Below are positions 17,285 to 23,926 of a stretch of 32,000 nt of DNA, one piece after another (positions within the stretch are counted from its first letter, which is position 1; every line of letters begins with the position of its first letter). This DNA comes from Rhodobacter capsulatus SB 1003. Lineage in GTDB: Bacteria > Pseudomonadota > Alphaproteobacteria > Rhodobacterales > Rhodobacteraceae. The notes under the pieces were generated by a model, which did no database searches, was not told the origin of the DNA, and was given only the letters and a program-made list of their open reading frames with translations. The DNA lies in NCBI RefSeq assembly GCF_000021865.1, contig NC_014034.1, positions 3,706,959 through 3,738,958 of the forward strand, given 5' to 3'. A program made the translations under genes and the position numbers.

Positions 17285-17551
17285 TCAGCTTCCGACGATG
17301 AGCGGGATGATCCCGGAGGTGAAGAAATCGACGAGGGTTTCGGACATGAAGGACATCGACACCCAGTAGACGACCAGCATGGCCCCCACCTTCGGCACGA
17401 AGGTCAGCGTCATTTCCTGAACCGAGGTGAGCGCCTGAAAGAGGCCGATGGCGACCCCGGCGACGAGTGCCACGACGAGCATCGGCGCCGAGATCATCAC
17501 TGCTATCCAGAGCCCTTCCCGCATCGCGTCAAAAAAGACGAGATCGGGCAT
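17285..17551 (-). CDS. fliQ: Flagellar type III export apparatus protein FliQ
   Basis: 88 aa with two TM helices and the conserved ...LFQALTSVQEMTLTFVPK... motif. Confidence 0.9.
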   Translation of the reverse strand: MPDLVFFDAMREGLWIAVMISAPMLVVALVAGVAIGLFQALTSVQEMTLTFVPKVGAMLVVYWVSMSFMSETLVDFFTSGIIPLIVGS

Positions 17552-17552
17552 C

Positions 17553-17849
17553 TTACACCGGCATCCGGAGGATTTCCTGATAGGCCTCGACGACCTTGTT
17601 GCGCACCGTCACCGCGGTCTCGACCGCAAGTTCGGTCTGGGCGAGCGCCTGCACGAGCGTGTGCGGATCGGCATTGCCGAGCATGGCGGCTTTCGCCGTA
17701 TCCTCGCTTTGCTGCATCGTTTCGAGGAAGCTCGTGGCGATCTTGCCCAGCCCCCCGTCCCGATCCGCGGTGGAATTTCCGGCAAGCGGGGTGGCCGCCG
17801 AACGCGCCTGGGCATAGCCCTGGGTCGCAAGAGAAGTCTTGATGTCCAT
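17553..17849 (-). CDS. fliE: Flagellar hook-basal body complex protein FliE
   Basis: 98 aa with C-terminus ...LAVETAVTVRNKVVEAYQEILRMPV, matching the FliE consensus. Confidence 0.88.
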   Translation of the reverse strand: MDIKTSLATQGYAQARSAATPLAGNSTADRDGGLGKIATSFLETMQQSEDTAKAAMLGNADPHTLVQALAQTELAVETAVTVRNKVVEAYQEILRMPV

Positions 17850-17871
17850 TCTGGACCTCCGTCTTCAGGTT

Positions 17872-18267
17872 TCAACGACGCAGCAGCTCCATCAGCGCCG
17901 ACGACATCTGCCGGGTCTGATCGAACATTCTGAGGTTCGCCTCGTAGCTGCGCTGCGCTTGACGCGCGTCTGCAATTTCGACCACCAGATCGACATTCGA
18001 GCCGTCGTAGTAGCCGTTCTCGTCGGCCAGCGGGCTGCCCGGGTCATAGATCCGGGCGAGTTCCTTCTGGTCGAGTTCGACAGGACCGAGTTCGACCCCG
18101 GTTGCCCCGCCGTCCTTCTGCGCCGCAAGTTCCTCGAAGCGGACCACCTTGCGGTGGTAGCCGGGGGTGTCGGCATTCGCGATGTTCTCCGAGACATGGC
18201 GCAGGCGCATCGATTGCGCCTTCAGGCCGGATGCGGAGACCGAAAGAGTGGAAGTGAAATCGCCCAT
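17872..18267 (-). CDS. flgC: Flagellar proximal rod protein FlgC
   Basis: 131 aa with SASGLKAQSMRLRHVSENIANADTPGYHRKVV... and ...ARQAQRSYEANL. Confidence 0.92.
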   Translation of the reverse strand: MGDFTSTLSVSASGLKAQSMRLRHVSENIANADTPGYHRKVVRFEELAAQKDGGATGVELGPVELDQKELARIYDPGSPLADENGYYDGSNVDLVVEIADARQAQRSYEANLRMFDQTRQMSSALMELLRR

Positions 18268-18269
18268 GA

Positions 18270-18656
18270 TCAGCCCCGGCCAAGGCTGGCGCGCAGCACG
18301 TTGAGGGAGGATTTGTAGATCGCGAGGGCGCGGTCATGCTGCCGTTTGACATCGACGGCCTTGACCATCTCGTCCTCGATCGACACGCCGTTTCCGTCGG
18401 GCGAGCTCGAATCGGGGGCCGGATCCTCGATCACGGACACCGTATAGGACCCGTTGGCGCCGAGATGGCCGGGCCGGGTGGCCCGCATCGGCTGTGCATG
18501 TTCCGTCCGGTAGCTGTCGGCGAAGGACACGACATCCTTGGCCCGGTAACCGGGGGTATCGGCGTTCGCGACATTGGTCGCGACCACCCCTTCACGCAGG
18601 GCCGCATGGCGGGCCATGGCCTGCGACATCTGAAAGACTTCGAGTTTTTCGAACAT
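18270..18656 (-). CDS. flgB: Flagellar proximal rod protein FlgB
   Basis: 128 aa with ...ALREGVVATNVANADTPGYRAKDV.... SD GGAGGAG lies upstream. First gene of the 9-gene minus-strand operon. Confidence 0.9.
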   Translation of the reverse strand: MFEKLEVFQMSQAMARHAALREGVVATNVANADTPGYRAKDVVSFADSYRTEHAQPMRATRPGHLGANGSYTVSVIEDPAPDSSSPDGNGVSIEDEMVKAVDVKRQHDRALAIYKSSLNVLRASLGRG

Positions 18657-18749
18657 CGGGGTTTCTCCTCCGAGCTATCAACCAAGGCTTAAGAGAGAAT
18701 CGTTTAAAAAGCGTTTCAAGAACACCGAACCGAAGACACGGGGGCCAGA
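18657..18749. promoter_or_regulatory. Divergent flgB / fliI control region (promoters not resolved)
   Basis: 93 bp between divergent start codons. It contains the most AT-rich local stretch, cttaagagagaatcgtttaaaaagcgtttcaagaa, with a CGTTT...CGTTT direct repeat. Confidence 0.45.
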
Positions 18750-20072
18750 ATGGCGTTGAACGGACTCGAACGGCTGCAGGCGGAAATCGCGGATCTGGGG
18801 GCAGTGCACCCGGTCGGGCGGGTTTTCGAAGTGGGCAAGGGCACGATCGAGGTCAGCGGCCTGACCACGCGGGCGACGCTGGGCGACAGGGCGCGAATCC
18901 ATGCCCAGTCCGGCCCGGTCTTCGGCGCCGAGGTGATCGCGCTGCGCCGGGGCGCGGTGACGCTGCTGGCCGATTGCGCGGTCGAGGGCGTGGCCATCGG
19001 CGATCGCGTCGAGGTGCTGGGCCAGGCCGGAATCGCCCCCGACGACAGCTGGATCGGGCGCATCGTCGATCCTTTCGGACGGCCGCTGGATGGCCGCCCG
19101 CTGCTGCGCGGCGGTCACGACCGCAACATCCGCGCCACCCCCCCGCCCGCCGCCTTCCGCCGCCGTCTGGGCGAGCGGGTCGAGACCGGGCTTGATGCGT
19201 TCAACACGCTGTTGCCGCTGGTGCGCGGGCAGCGCATCGGCCTCTTTGCGGGCTCGGGCGTCGGCAAATCCTCGCTGCTGGCGAAATTCGCCAAGGGGGT
19301 CGCGGCCGATGTCGTGGTGATCGCCCTGATCGGCGAGCGCGGCCGCGAGCTGCGCGAATTCGTCGAAAAGACGCTGGGACCGGAGGGCATGGCGCGGTCG
19401 GTGATCGTCGCGGCGACCTCGGACCAGTCGCCTCTGGTCCGGCGCCGCTGCGGCTGGGCGGCGATGACGGTGGCCGAATACTTCCGCGATCAGGGCAAGC
19501 ATGTGCTGTTTCTGGCCGACAGCGTGACCCGCTTTGCCGAGGCGCATCGCGAAGTGGCGCTGGCGGCGGGGGAACCGCCCAGCCTGCGCGGCTATCCGCC
19601 CTCGACCTCGCATCAGATCATGTCGCTGGCGGAACGGTCGGGCCCCGGGATGGAGGGGGCCGGAGACATCACCGCGGTATTTTCGGTGCTGGTGGCGGGA
19701 TCGGACATGGAAGAGCCGGTGGCCGACATCCTGCGCGGCACGCTTGATGGCCACGTGGTGCTGGATCGCGGCATCGCCGAACGCGGCCGATTCCCGGCCA
19801 TCGATCTGCTGCGTTCGGTGTCGCGGTCGCTGCCGGAGGCTGCAACCCCGGCCGAAAACGAGCTGATCGCCAAGGCGCGCAAGCTTCTGGGTGCCTATGA
19901 CCGGGCCGAGATGATGATCCAGGCGGGTCTTTATGCGGCAGGCAGCGATCCGGTGATCGACGCCGCGATCAAGGTCTGGCCCGCGCTGGACGGGTTTCTG
20001 GCCCGCGATGCGGCCGATGGCACGCGTTCGAGCTTTTCGCGGCTCAGCCTCGCGCTGGCAGCTGCCGGGTGA
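18750..20072 (+). CDS. fliI: Flagellum-specific ATPase FliI
   Basis: 440 aa with Walker A GLFAGSGVGKSSLL and Walker B HVLFLADSVTRFA. The overall architecture is F1-beta-like. Confidence 0.95.
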   Translation: MALNGLERLQAEIADLGAVHPVGRVFEVGKGTIEVSGLTTRATLGDRARIHAQSGPVFGAEVIALRRGAVTLLADCAVEGVAIGDRVEVLGQAGIAPDDSWIGRIVDPFGRPLDGRPLLRGGHDRNIRATPPPAAFRRRLGERVETGLDAFNTLLPLVRGQRIGLFAGSGVGKSSLLAKFAKGVAADVVVIALIGERGRELREFVEKTLGPEGMARSVIVAATSDQSPLVRRRCGWAAMTVAEYFRDQGKHVLFLADSVTRFAEAHREVALAAGEPPSLRGYPPSTSHQIMSLAERSGPGMEGAGDITAVFSVLVAGSDMEEPVADILRGTLDGHVVLDRGIAERGRFPAIDLLRSVSRSLPEAATPAENELIAKARKLLGAYDRAEMMIQAGLYAAGSDPVIDAAIKVWPALDGFLARDAADGTRSSFSRLSLALAAAG

Positions 20073-20083
20073 GATCCCGGCAG
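20062..20083. terminator. Stem-loop at the convergent fliI / DUF1217 junction
   Basis: CTGCCGGG-tgagat-CCCGGCAG, a perfect 8-bp stem whose loop contains the fliI stop codon. There is no U-tract, so its function as a terminator is uncertain. Confidence 0.35.
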
Positions 20084-20091
20084 AGCCGCCC

Positions 20092-20919
20092 TCAGACGCG
20101 TTTCGACAGCAAAGAGGTGTAAGAGCTGCCCGCCTGCAGCAATTGCAGCGCGACACTGCCGGAGGAGGTCGTGCTGTTCGTCTCGAGCTGCGAGCGCACC
20201 AGATAAAGCCGGATGGTCTTCTCCATCACCGCGCTGTCCGAGAAGGTGGAGAAATCGGAACTGCCCAGAACGGATTTCGCCTTCTGGGTATAGATGACCA
20301 GCTGCTGATCGACATCCAGCGAGCTGACGCTTTCGGGCAGGCCAAGGGCCGTCCGCATCACCGTGCTGAGCGACTTCGAGCCGATCACCGAATACCATTT
20401 CGCATTGTTGGTGCTGGAGGAGGCGACCAGTTCGCCCAGATCGCGCTGCGCCGCCATCGCAAGGCGATAGCTCTCGTCACTCTCGCCGACGGCGGTTTCG
20501 AACTGCCGGGTCTCGTATTTGCTCAGGATCTCGTCGGCAAAACCGCTGGTCTGCGTGCGGGGCGCGTCGGGCGTGTCGCCAAAGCCGAAAGCGGTCGCCA
20601 GTTTGAGATAGGTCTTGTCGGCCAGCTTGTTGGCAAGCCCGGTCTTGTCGTCCGCGGCGGTTTCCAGAACCTTGCGGATGAAGAACTTGTTGTCGATGTC
20701 CGAGTCGAGCCCGAAGGCGCCCAGCGCCACTTTCAGCAGCCGACGATCGGAGACCAGATCCTCGGCCGTGGTGATCGAGCCGATCTTGGCGCGAAAATAA
20801 TCTTCGTCACGCTTGATGTCGGCAGAGGCGGCAAAAGCCGCCTTCTGCTTTTCCATGGTCCGGTTCAGAAGCTTCCAGCCCGCGTAACCGCTGGCCGGAA
20901 TGACCGGCGTGTAGCTCAT
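20092..20919 (-). CDS. DUF1217 domain flagellar-locus protein
   Basis: 275 aa. The N-terminal block GYAGWKLLNRTMEKQKAAFAASADIKRDEDYFRAKIGSITTAEDLVSDRRLLKVALGAFGLDSD resembles the DUF1217 repeat found in alphaproteobacterial flagellar clusters. There is a 4-nt overlap with flbT. Confidence 0.7.
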   Translation of the reverse strand: MSYTPVIPASGYAGWKLLNRTMEKQKAAFAASADIKRDEDYFRAKIGSITTAEDLVSDRRLLKVALGAFGLDSDIDNKFFIRKVLETAADDKTGLANKLADKTYLKLATAFGFGDTPDAPRTQTSGFADEILSKYETRQFETAVGESDESYRLAMAAQRDLGELVASSSTNNAKWYSVIGSKSLSTVMRTALGLPESVSSLDVDQQLVIYTQKAKSVLGSSDFSTFSDSAVMEKTIRLYLVRSQLETNSTTSSGSVALQLLQAGSSYTSLLSKRV

Positions 20920-21320
20920 GCGCTTCCGGCGGCGAGGAGCCGCTCCTCCCTTGGCAAAAGCGCGCGCAGCGATTTCAGCGCCTGATAATGCTGGTCTTCC
21001 AGCACGGCGGCCGTCGCCTGGGTCAGATGCGCCCGGCTGTCATGATCGGTCAGCACCTGGCTGAGCTGTTCGATGCCGCGCAGAAGCTGCATCCGCGCTT
21101 CCGAGGAGTCGGCATCGCCCGAGAGCACGAGCTGCGCGATGTAGCACACGCGCCGCACCGGGGTATTGACCTCTTCGGGGTGGATGGCGTCGCGCAGGCG
21201 CAGGATATGCGCATTGGGCGTCATGATCGCGAGGCGCGAGCGGCGGTCGCCATTTTCAATGACCGCGCCATTGATCAGGACGCGTTCCTTCGGGGCAAGT
21301 TTCAGGACAAGACCGGTCAT
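20916..21320 (-). CDS. flbT: Flagellin synthesis repressor FlbT
   Basis: 134 aa with LKLAPKERVLINGAVIENGDRRSRL... at the N-terminus, typical of FlbT. Has 4-nt overlaps with flaF upstream and DUF1217 downstream. Confidence 0.85.
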   Translation of the reverse strand: MTGLVLKLAPKERVLINGAVIENGDRRSRLAIMTPNAHILRLRDAIHPEEVNTPVRRVCYIAQLVLSGDADSSEARMQLLRGIEQLSQVLTDHDSRAHLTQATAAVLEDQHYQALKSLRALLPREERLLAAGSA

Positions 21321-21694
21321 TCCGCACCGCCCTCGCGACGCAGACCGCGCATGATCGCGGTGTTGATGTCGATCAGCACATCGATCGAGGCCTCGCCCTT
21401 GAGGACCTTCGCGCTATGCGCCTGGGTGAACTGGTTGAGGTAGAAGATGCGCGCACGCAGCGTATCGGGGAGTTCGTTGTCGGGCAGAGCGACATCGACG
21501 GCAAGCGTCGTCCACAGACGACGGTTGTCATAAAGGGCCCGCACGACGGCGGGGAAATTCGATTTATCCAGACCTGCCGCCTGTTTCAGACGGTGCGTCA
21601 CACGCGCGAAGATTTCATATTCAGTGCCGCGCAGGGTACGGGTGGGCTGACCGGGGTTTGCATAGGCCGTTTTGGCCAGAATCGTGGCGTTCAC
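21317..21694 (-). CDS. flaF: Flagellin synthesis regulator FlaF
   Basis: 125 aa with a GTG start at 21694. Contains ...TEYEIFARVTHRL... and ...NRRLWTTLAVDVALPDNELP...FYLNQFT, typical of FlaF. Confidence 0.85.
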   Translation of the reverse strand: MNATILAKTAYANPGQPTRTLRGTEYEIFARVTHRLKQAAGLDKSNFPAVVRALYDNRRLWTTLAVDVALPDNELPDTLRARIFYLNQFTQAHSAKVLKGEASIDVLIDINTAIMRGLRREGGAE

Positions 21695-21748
21695 AGGAAT
21701 ACCTTCCAGTGGCGAGAGGGGTCAGATCGCGGCTTTGCCGCGGGAAGA

Positions 21749-21771
21749 GGGGGCGCCCTCGAGGCGCCCCC
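21749..21771 (-). terminator. Flagellin gene terminator
   Basis: Perfect 9-bp GC stem GGGGGCGCC-tcgag-GGCGCCCCC, 8 nt after the flagellin stop, followed on the minus strand by TCTTCCC. A second small hairpin (CGCGGC-aaa-GCCGCG) lies at 21728-21742. Confidence 0.7.
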
Positions 21772-21779
21772 GAAAGTCA

Positions 21780-22976
21780 TTACTTGAAGAGCGACAGGAT
21801 CGATTGCGGTTGCTGGTTGGCGATCGACAGCGACTGGATGCCCAGCTGCTGCTGCGTTTGCAGCGCTTGCAGACGCGCCGAAGCCTCTTCCATGTCGGCG
21901 TCGACAAGGGCACCGATGCCGGTCTTCAGCGCATCGCCCAGATCGCTGACGAAGGTCGCCTGGCTTTCGATCCGCGATTCGACGGCACCGAAGGCCGCAG
22001 CGGCATCGATGGCGCCGTTGATCATCGACTCGATCTCGGCCACGGTGTTGGACGAGGTGAAGCCGTTCAGCCCCGCCAGCGGACCGGAGCCCGCCGCGTT
22101 GATCGCGACGCTCATGTTGACACCGAGCGTGTTGGCGGCATCGACGTTGATCGTCAGGTCGGCAGCGTTGGCGGCCGGATCATAGGTCGCGGTGATCCCG
22201 CTCATCCCGGCGCCCATCACCTGGCTGAACAGGTTCGCGGTCGCGACTTCGTTCACGTCCGAGCCCGAGTCCACGTCGGCCTGCGAGACGGTGTAGCTGA
22301 AGCTGCGGTCGCCGATCGCCAGAGTGACGGTTTCACCCGCGGCCATGCCGGAGAGCGCAAACCCTTCCGCAGCGCCCGCGGCAATGGCCGAAGCGCCCTT
22401 GTTCGTGCCCGCCGCGACGAAGTTCGTCGCGTTGGCACCGGCGGCAACCGCACCGGTCGCAACCGTGGTCGCGGTGGTGCTCATGTCCTGACGGGCGATG
22501 TTGATCGTGTTGGTCGAGACGGTGTTGCCCGAACGGTCGAGCGAGCCGAGGATCGTCTCGTTGCCCGACGAGCTGATCAGGTTGACGCCGTTGAACTGCG
22601 CGCCGCTGATCTTCGATTCGATCATGCTGACAAGTTCGCTGATCTCGTCGTCAAGCTTGCCGGTATCTGCCGACGGGTCCTGCGCGGCAACGATCTTTTC
22701 CTTGATCGTCTTCAGGTCATCGGTGATCGATTCCACCGCGGTCCGGGCCACCGACACCATCGACTGACCGGTGGCGAGGCTGGTCGAGACCGACTCGAAG
22801 CCGCTGACGTCCGATTCCATCACTTTCGAGATGGCCCAGACGGCCGAGTTGTCCTTGGCCGAAGCCACGGTCTTGCCGGTCGAGATTTCCGACTGGGTCT
22901 TGGCGAGGTTCGAGTTGATGCCCTTGAGGGTCTGCAGCGCGACCATCGCGCTGGTGTTGGTGTTGATGCTGGACAT
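21780..22976 (-). CDS. fliC: Flagellin
   Basis: 398 aa. The conserved N-terminus is MSSINTNTSAMVALQTLKGINSNLAKTQSEISTGK and the C-terminus is EEASARLQALQTQQQLGIQSLSIANQQPQSILSLFK. The central part is variable and Ala/Gly/Ser/Thr-rich. Confidence 0.95.
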   Translation of the reverse strand: MSSINTNTSAMVALQTLKGINSNLAKTQSEISTGKTVASAKDNSAVWAISKVMESDVSGFESVSTSLATGQSMVSVARTAVESITDDLKTIKEKIVAAQDPSADTGKLDDEISELVSMIESKISGAQFNGVNLISSSGNETILGSLDRSGNTVSTNTINIARQDMSTTATTVATGAVAAGANATNFVAAGTNKGASAIAAGAAEGFALSGMAAGETVTLAIGDRSFSYTVSQADVDSGSDVNEVATANLFSQVMGAGMSGITATYDPAANAADLTINVDAANTLGVNMSVAINAAGSGPLAGLNGFTSSNTVAEIESMINGAIDAAAAFGAVESRIESQATFVSDLGDALKTGIGALVDADMEEASARLQALQTQQQLGIQSLSIANQQPQSILSLFK

Positions 22977-23134
22977 GTCAGGTCCTTCGTCTTTGGCGCT
23001 TTGCGCCGGGTTTCACTTGCCGTCGGTAAAACGGCGCCTACGGCTTTCTGACCCGTGCGGCCGCATCGCTGCTGAGCCGCGCCACCCCTCGGGATGCAGG
23101 GGAACCTTGGCATGCGAAGACCTAATGAAGTGCT
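22977..23134 (-). promoter_or_regulatory. Flagellin promoter and 5' leader (candidate FlbT/FlaF target)
   Basis: SD GAAGGAC lies 6 nt upstream of the ATG. The leader has two hairpins: GGCGC-aaa-GCGCC (22995-23007), just 5' of the SD, and GCCGT-tttaccg-ACGGC (23019-35). No confident sigma-factor motif was recognised. Confidence 0.4.
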
Positions 23135-23158
23135 AAGGCCGCCCTTTCGGACGGCCTT
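23135..23158 (-). terminator. Stem-loop downstream of the flgN-like gene
   Basis: Minus strand reads AAGGCCG-t-CC-GAAA-GG-g-CGGCCTT, i.e. 7 bp, one mismatch, then 2 bp, capped by a GAAA tetraloop. It lies 27 nt after the stop at 23186. There is no clear U-tract. Confidence 0.4.
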
Positions 23159-23185
23159 GGATAGTTCGGATTTTCGAAGAATGGT

Positions 23186-23530
23186 TTACGCCCGCCGTTC
23201 GACCGAGCCGCCCTCGGGGCTGATCCTGCGGGCCTTTCCGTGCTGATCATAGCTGGTATAGCTTTTCGAAGCCTCGCGGATCTCGGCCAGACGCGCCTGC
23301 ACCGACCGCACGCCCTTGATCGCCGCATCCAGCAGACGCTGGTTCTCGATCGCCATTTCCTGCGCGCCAAGCAGCAGCCGCGCGGGGGTGCCCTTCAGCT
23401 CCTCCATCAACACCTCCTTGCGGGCGACAAGGTCCGGCAAGGCCGCGAATTCGGCATTGCGGATCACATCCTTCTCGAGGCGCAACAGGTCGATCAGCCG
23501 GGCGATCCGGTCCTCGGTTTCATTCTGCAT
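23186..23530 (-). CDS. FlgN-like flagellar export chaperone (tentative)
   Basis: ATG 23530 is preceded by AAAGGAGCGGAGC. The 114-aa all-helical protein has IARLIDLLRLEKDVIRNAEFAALPDLVARKEVLMEEL, which fits the FlgN-family heptad pattern. Location is between flgJ-like and flagellin. The assignment is by pattern only. Confidence 0.5.
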   Translation of the reverse strand: MQNETEDRIARLIDLLRLEKDVIRNAEFAALPDLVARKEVLMEELKGTPARLLLGAQEMAIENQRLLDAAIKGVRSVQARLAEIREASKSYTSYDQHGKARRISPEGGSVERRA

Positions 23531-23816
23531 GCTCCGCTCCTTTCTGCAGCGACTGGAAAATGCTCTCGGCAAGACCGATGCCACCGGACTTGACCATCAT
23601 GCTGGCGTATTCATCGACGAGAAACGAGGCGAACTGCTCTTCTCCGATGCCGCCGTTGAAACCTTCCTGCGTCTTGCCAAGGCCGCTGTGCTTCAACATT
23701 TCGGCCAGAAAACTGGCCTCGAGCTCCTGCGCCTTCAGACGCAGGGCCTTTTCATCTGCAGCCTTGCGATCGGGCGCGGCCTGCGGGGGGGAGGCCATCA
23801 GGGGCCGGGTATCCAT
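23520..23816 (-). CDS. flgJ: Rod-binding protein (single-domain FlgJ-like, no muramidase domain)
   Basis: ATG 23816 (GGAG upstream) gives 98 aa. LRLKAQELEASFLAEMLKHSGLG...FASFLVDEYASMMVKSGGIGLAESIF matches the Rod-binding / FlgJ N-terminal domain. It overlaps the next gene by 11 nt. Confidence 0.65.
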   Translation of the reverse strand: MDTRPLMASPPQAAPDRKAADEKALRLKAQELEASFLAEMLKHSGLGKTQEGFNGGIGEEQFASFLVDEYASMMVKSGGIGLAESIFQSLQKGAEHAE

Positions 23817-23926
23817 GGGAATCGCTCCAATTGAACCGATTTCGTTTTGTTCTCCCACAACGAGGTAAAGAAGCAGTAACCTCCTGCTGCCATTCTGCCC
23901 GGGTCACAGGCAGAAGTCGTGAGGTC
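23817..23926. promoter_or_regulatory. Divergent flgJ-like / fliK control region (promoters not resolved)
   Basis: 110 bp between divergent start codons, relatively AT-rich (ccaattgaaccgatttcgttttgttctccc...gtaaagaagcagtaacc). Confidence 0.4.

Noticed and set aside
15791-17842. 683-aa + strand ORF across flgG-flgF-fliQ-fliE
   Set aside because: It is antisense to four clearly conserved flagellar genes, and its translation is low-complexity (R/G/D/H-rich).
18689-18707. CtrA-box-like TTAA...TTAA in the flgB/fliI divergent region
   Set aside because: The two TTAA half-sites are separated by 11 nt rather than the canonical 7, so it does not fit TTAA-N7-TTAA. It may just reflect AT-rich promoter DNA.
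23122-23136. TTAG-N7-TTAG (minus strand) upstream of flagellin, and TAAA-N7-TAAC at 23866-23880, as degenerate CtrA boxes
   Set aside because: Both half-sites deviate from TTAA, and the first overlaps a terminator-like stem. This cannot be distinguished from chance without a genome-specific motif model or ChIP data.
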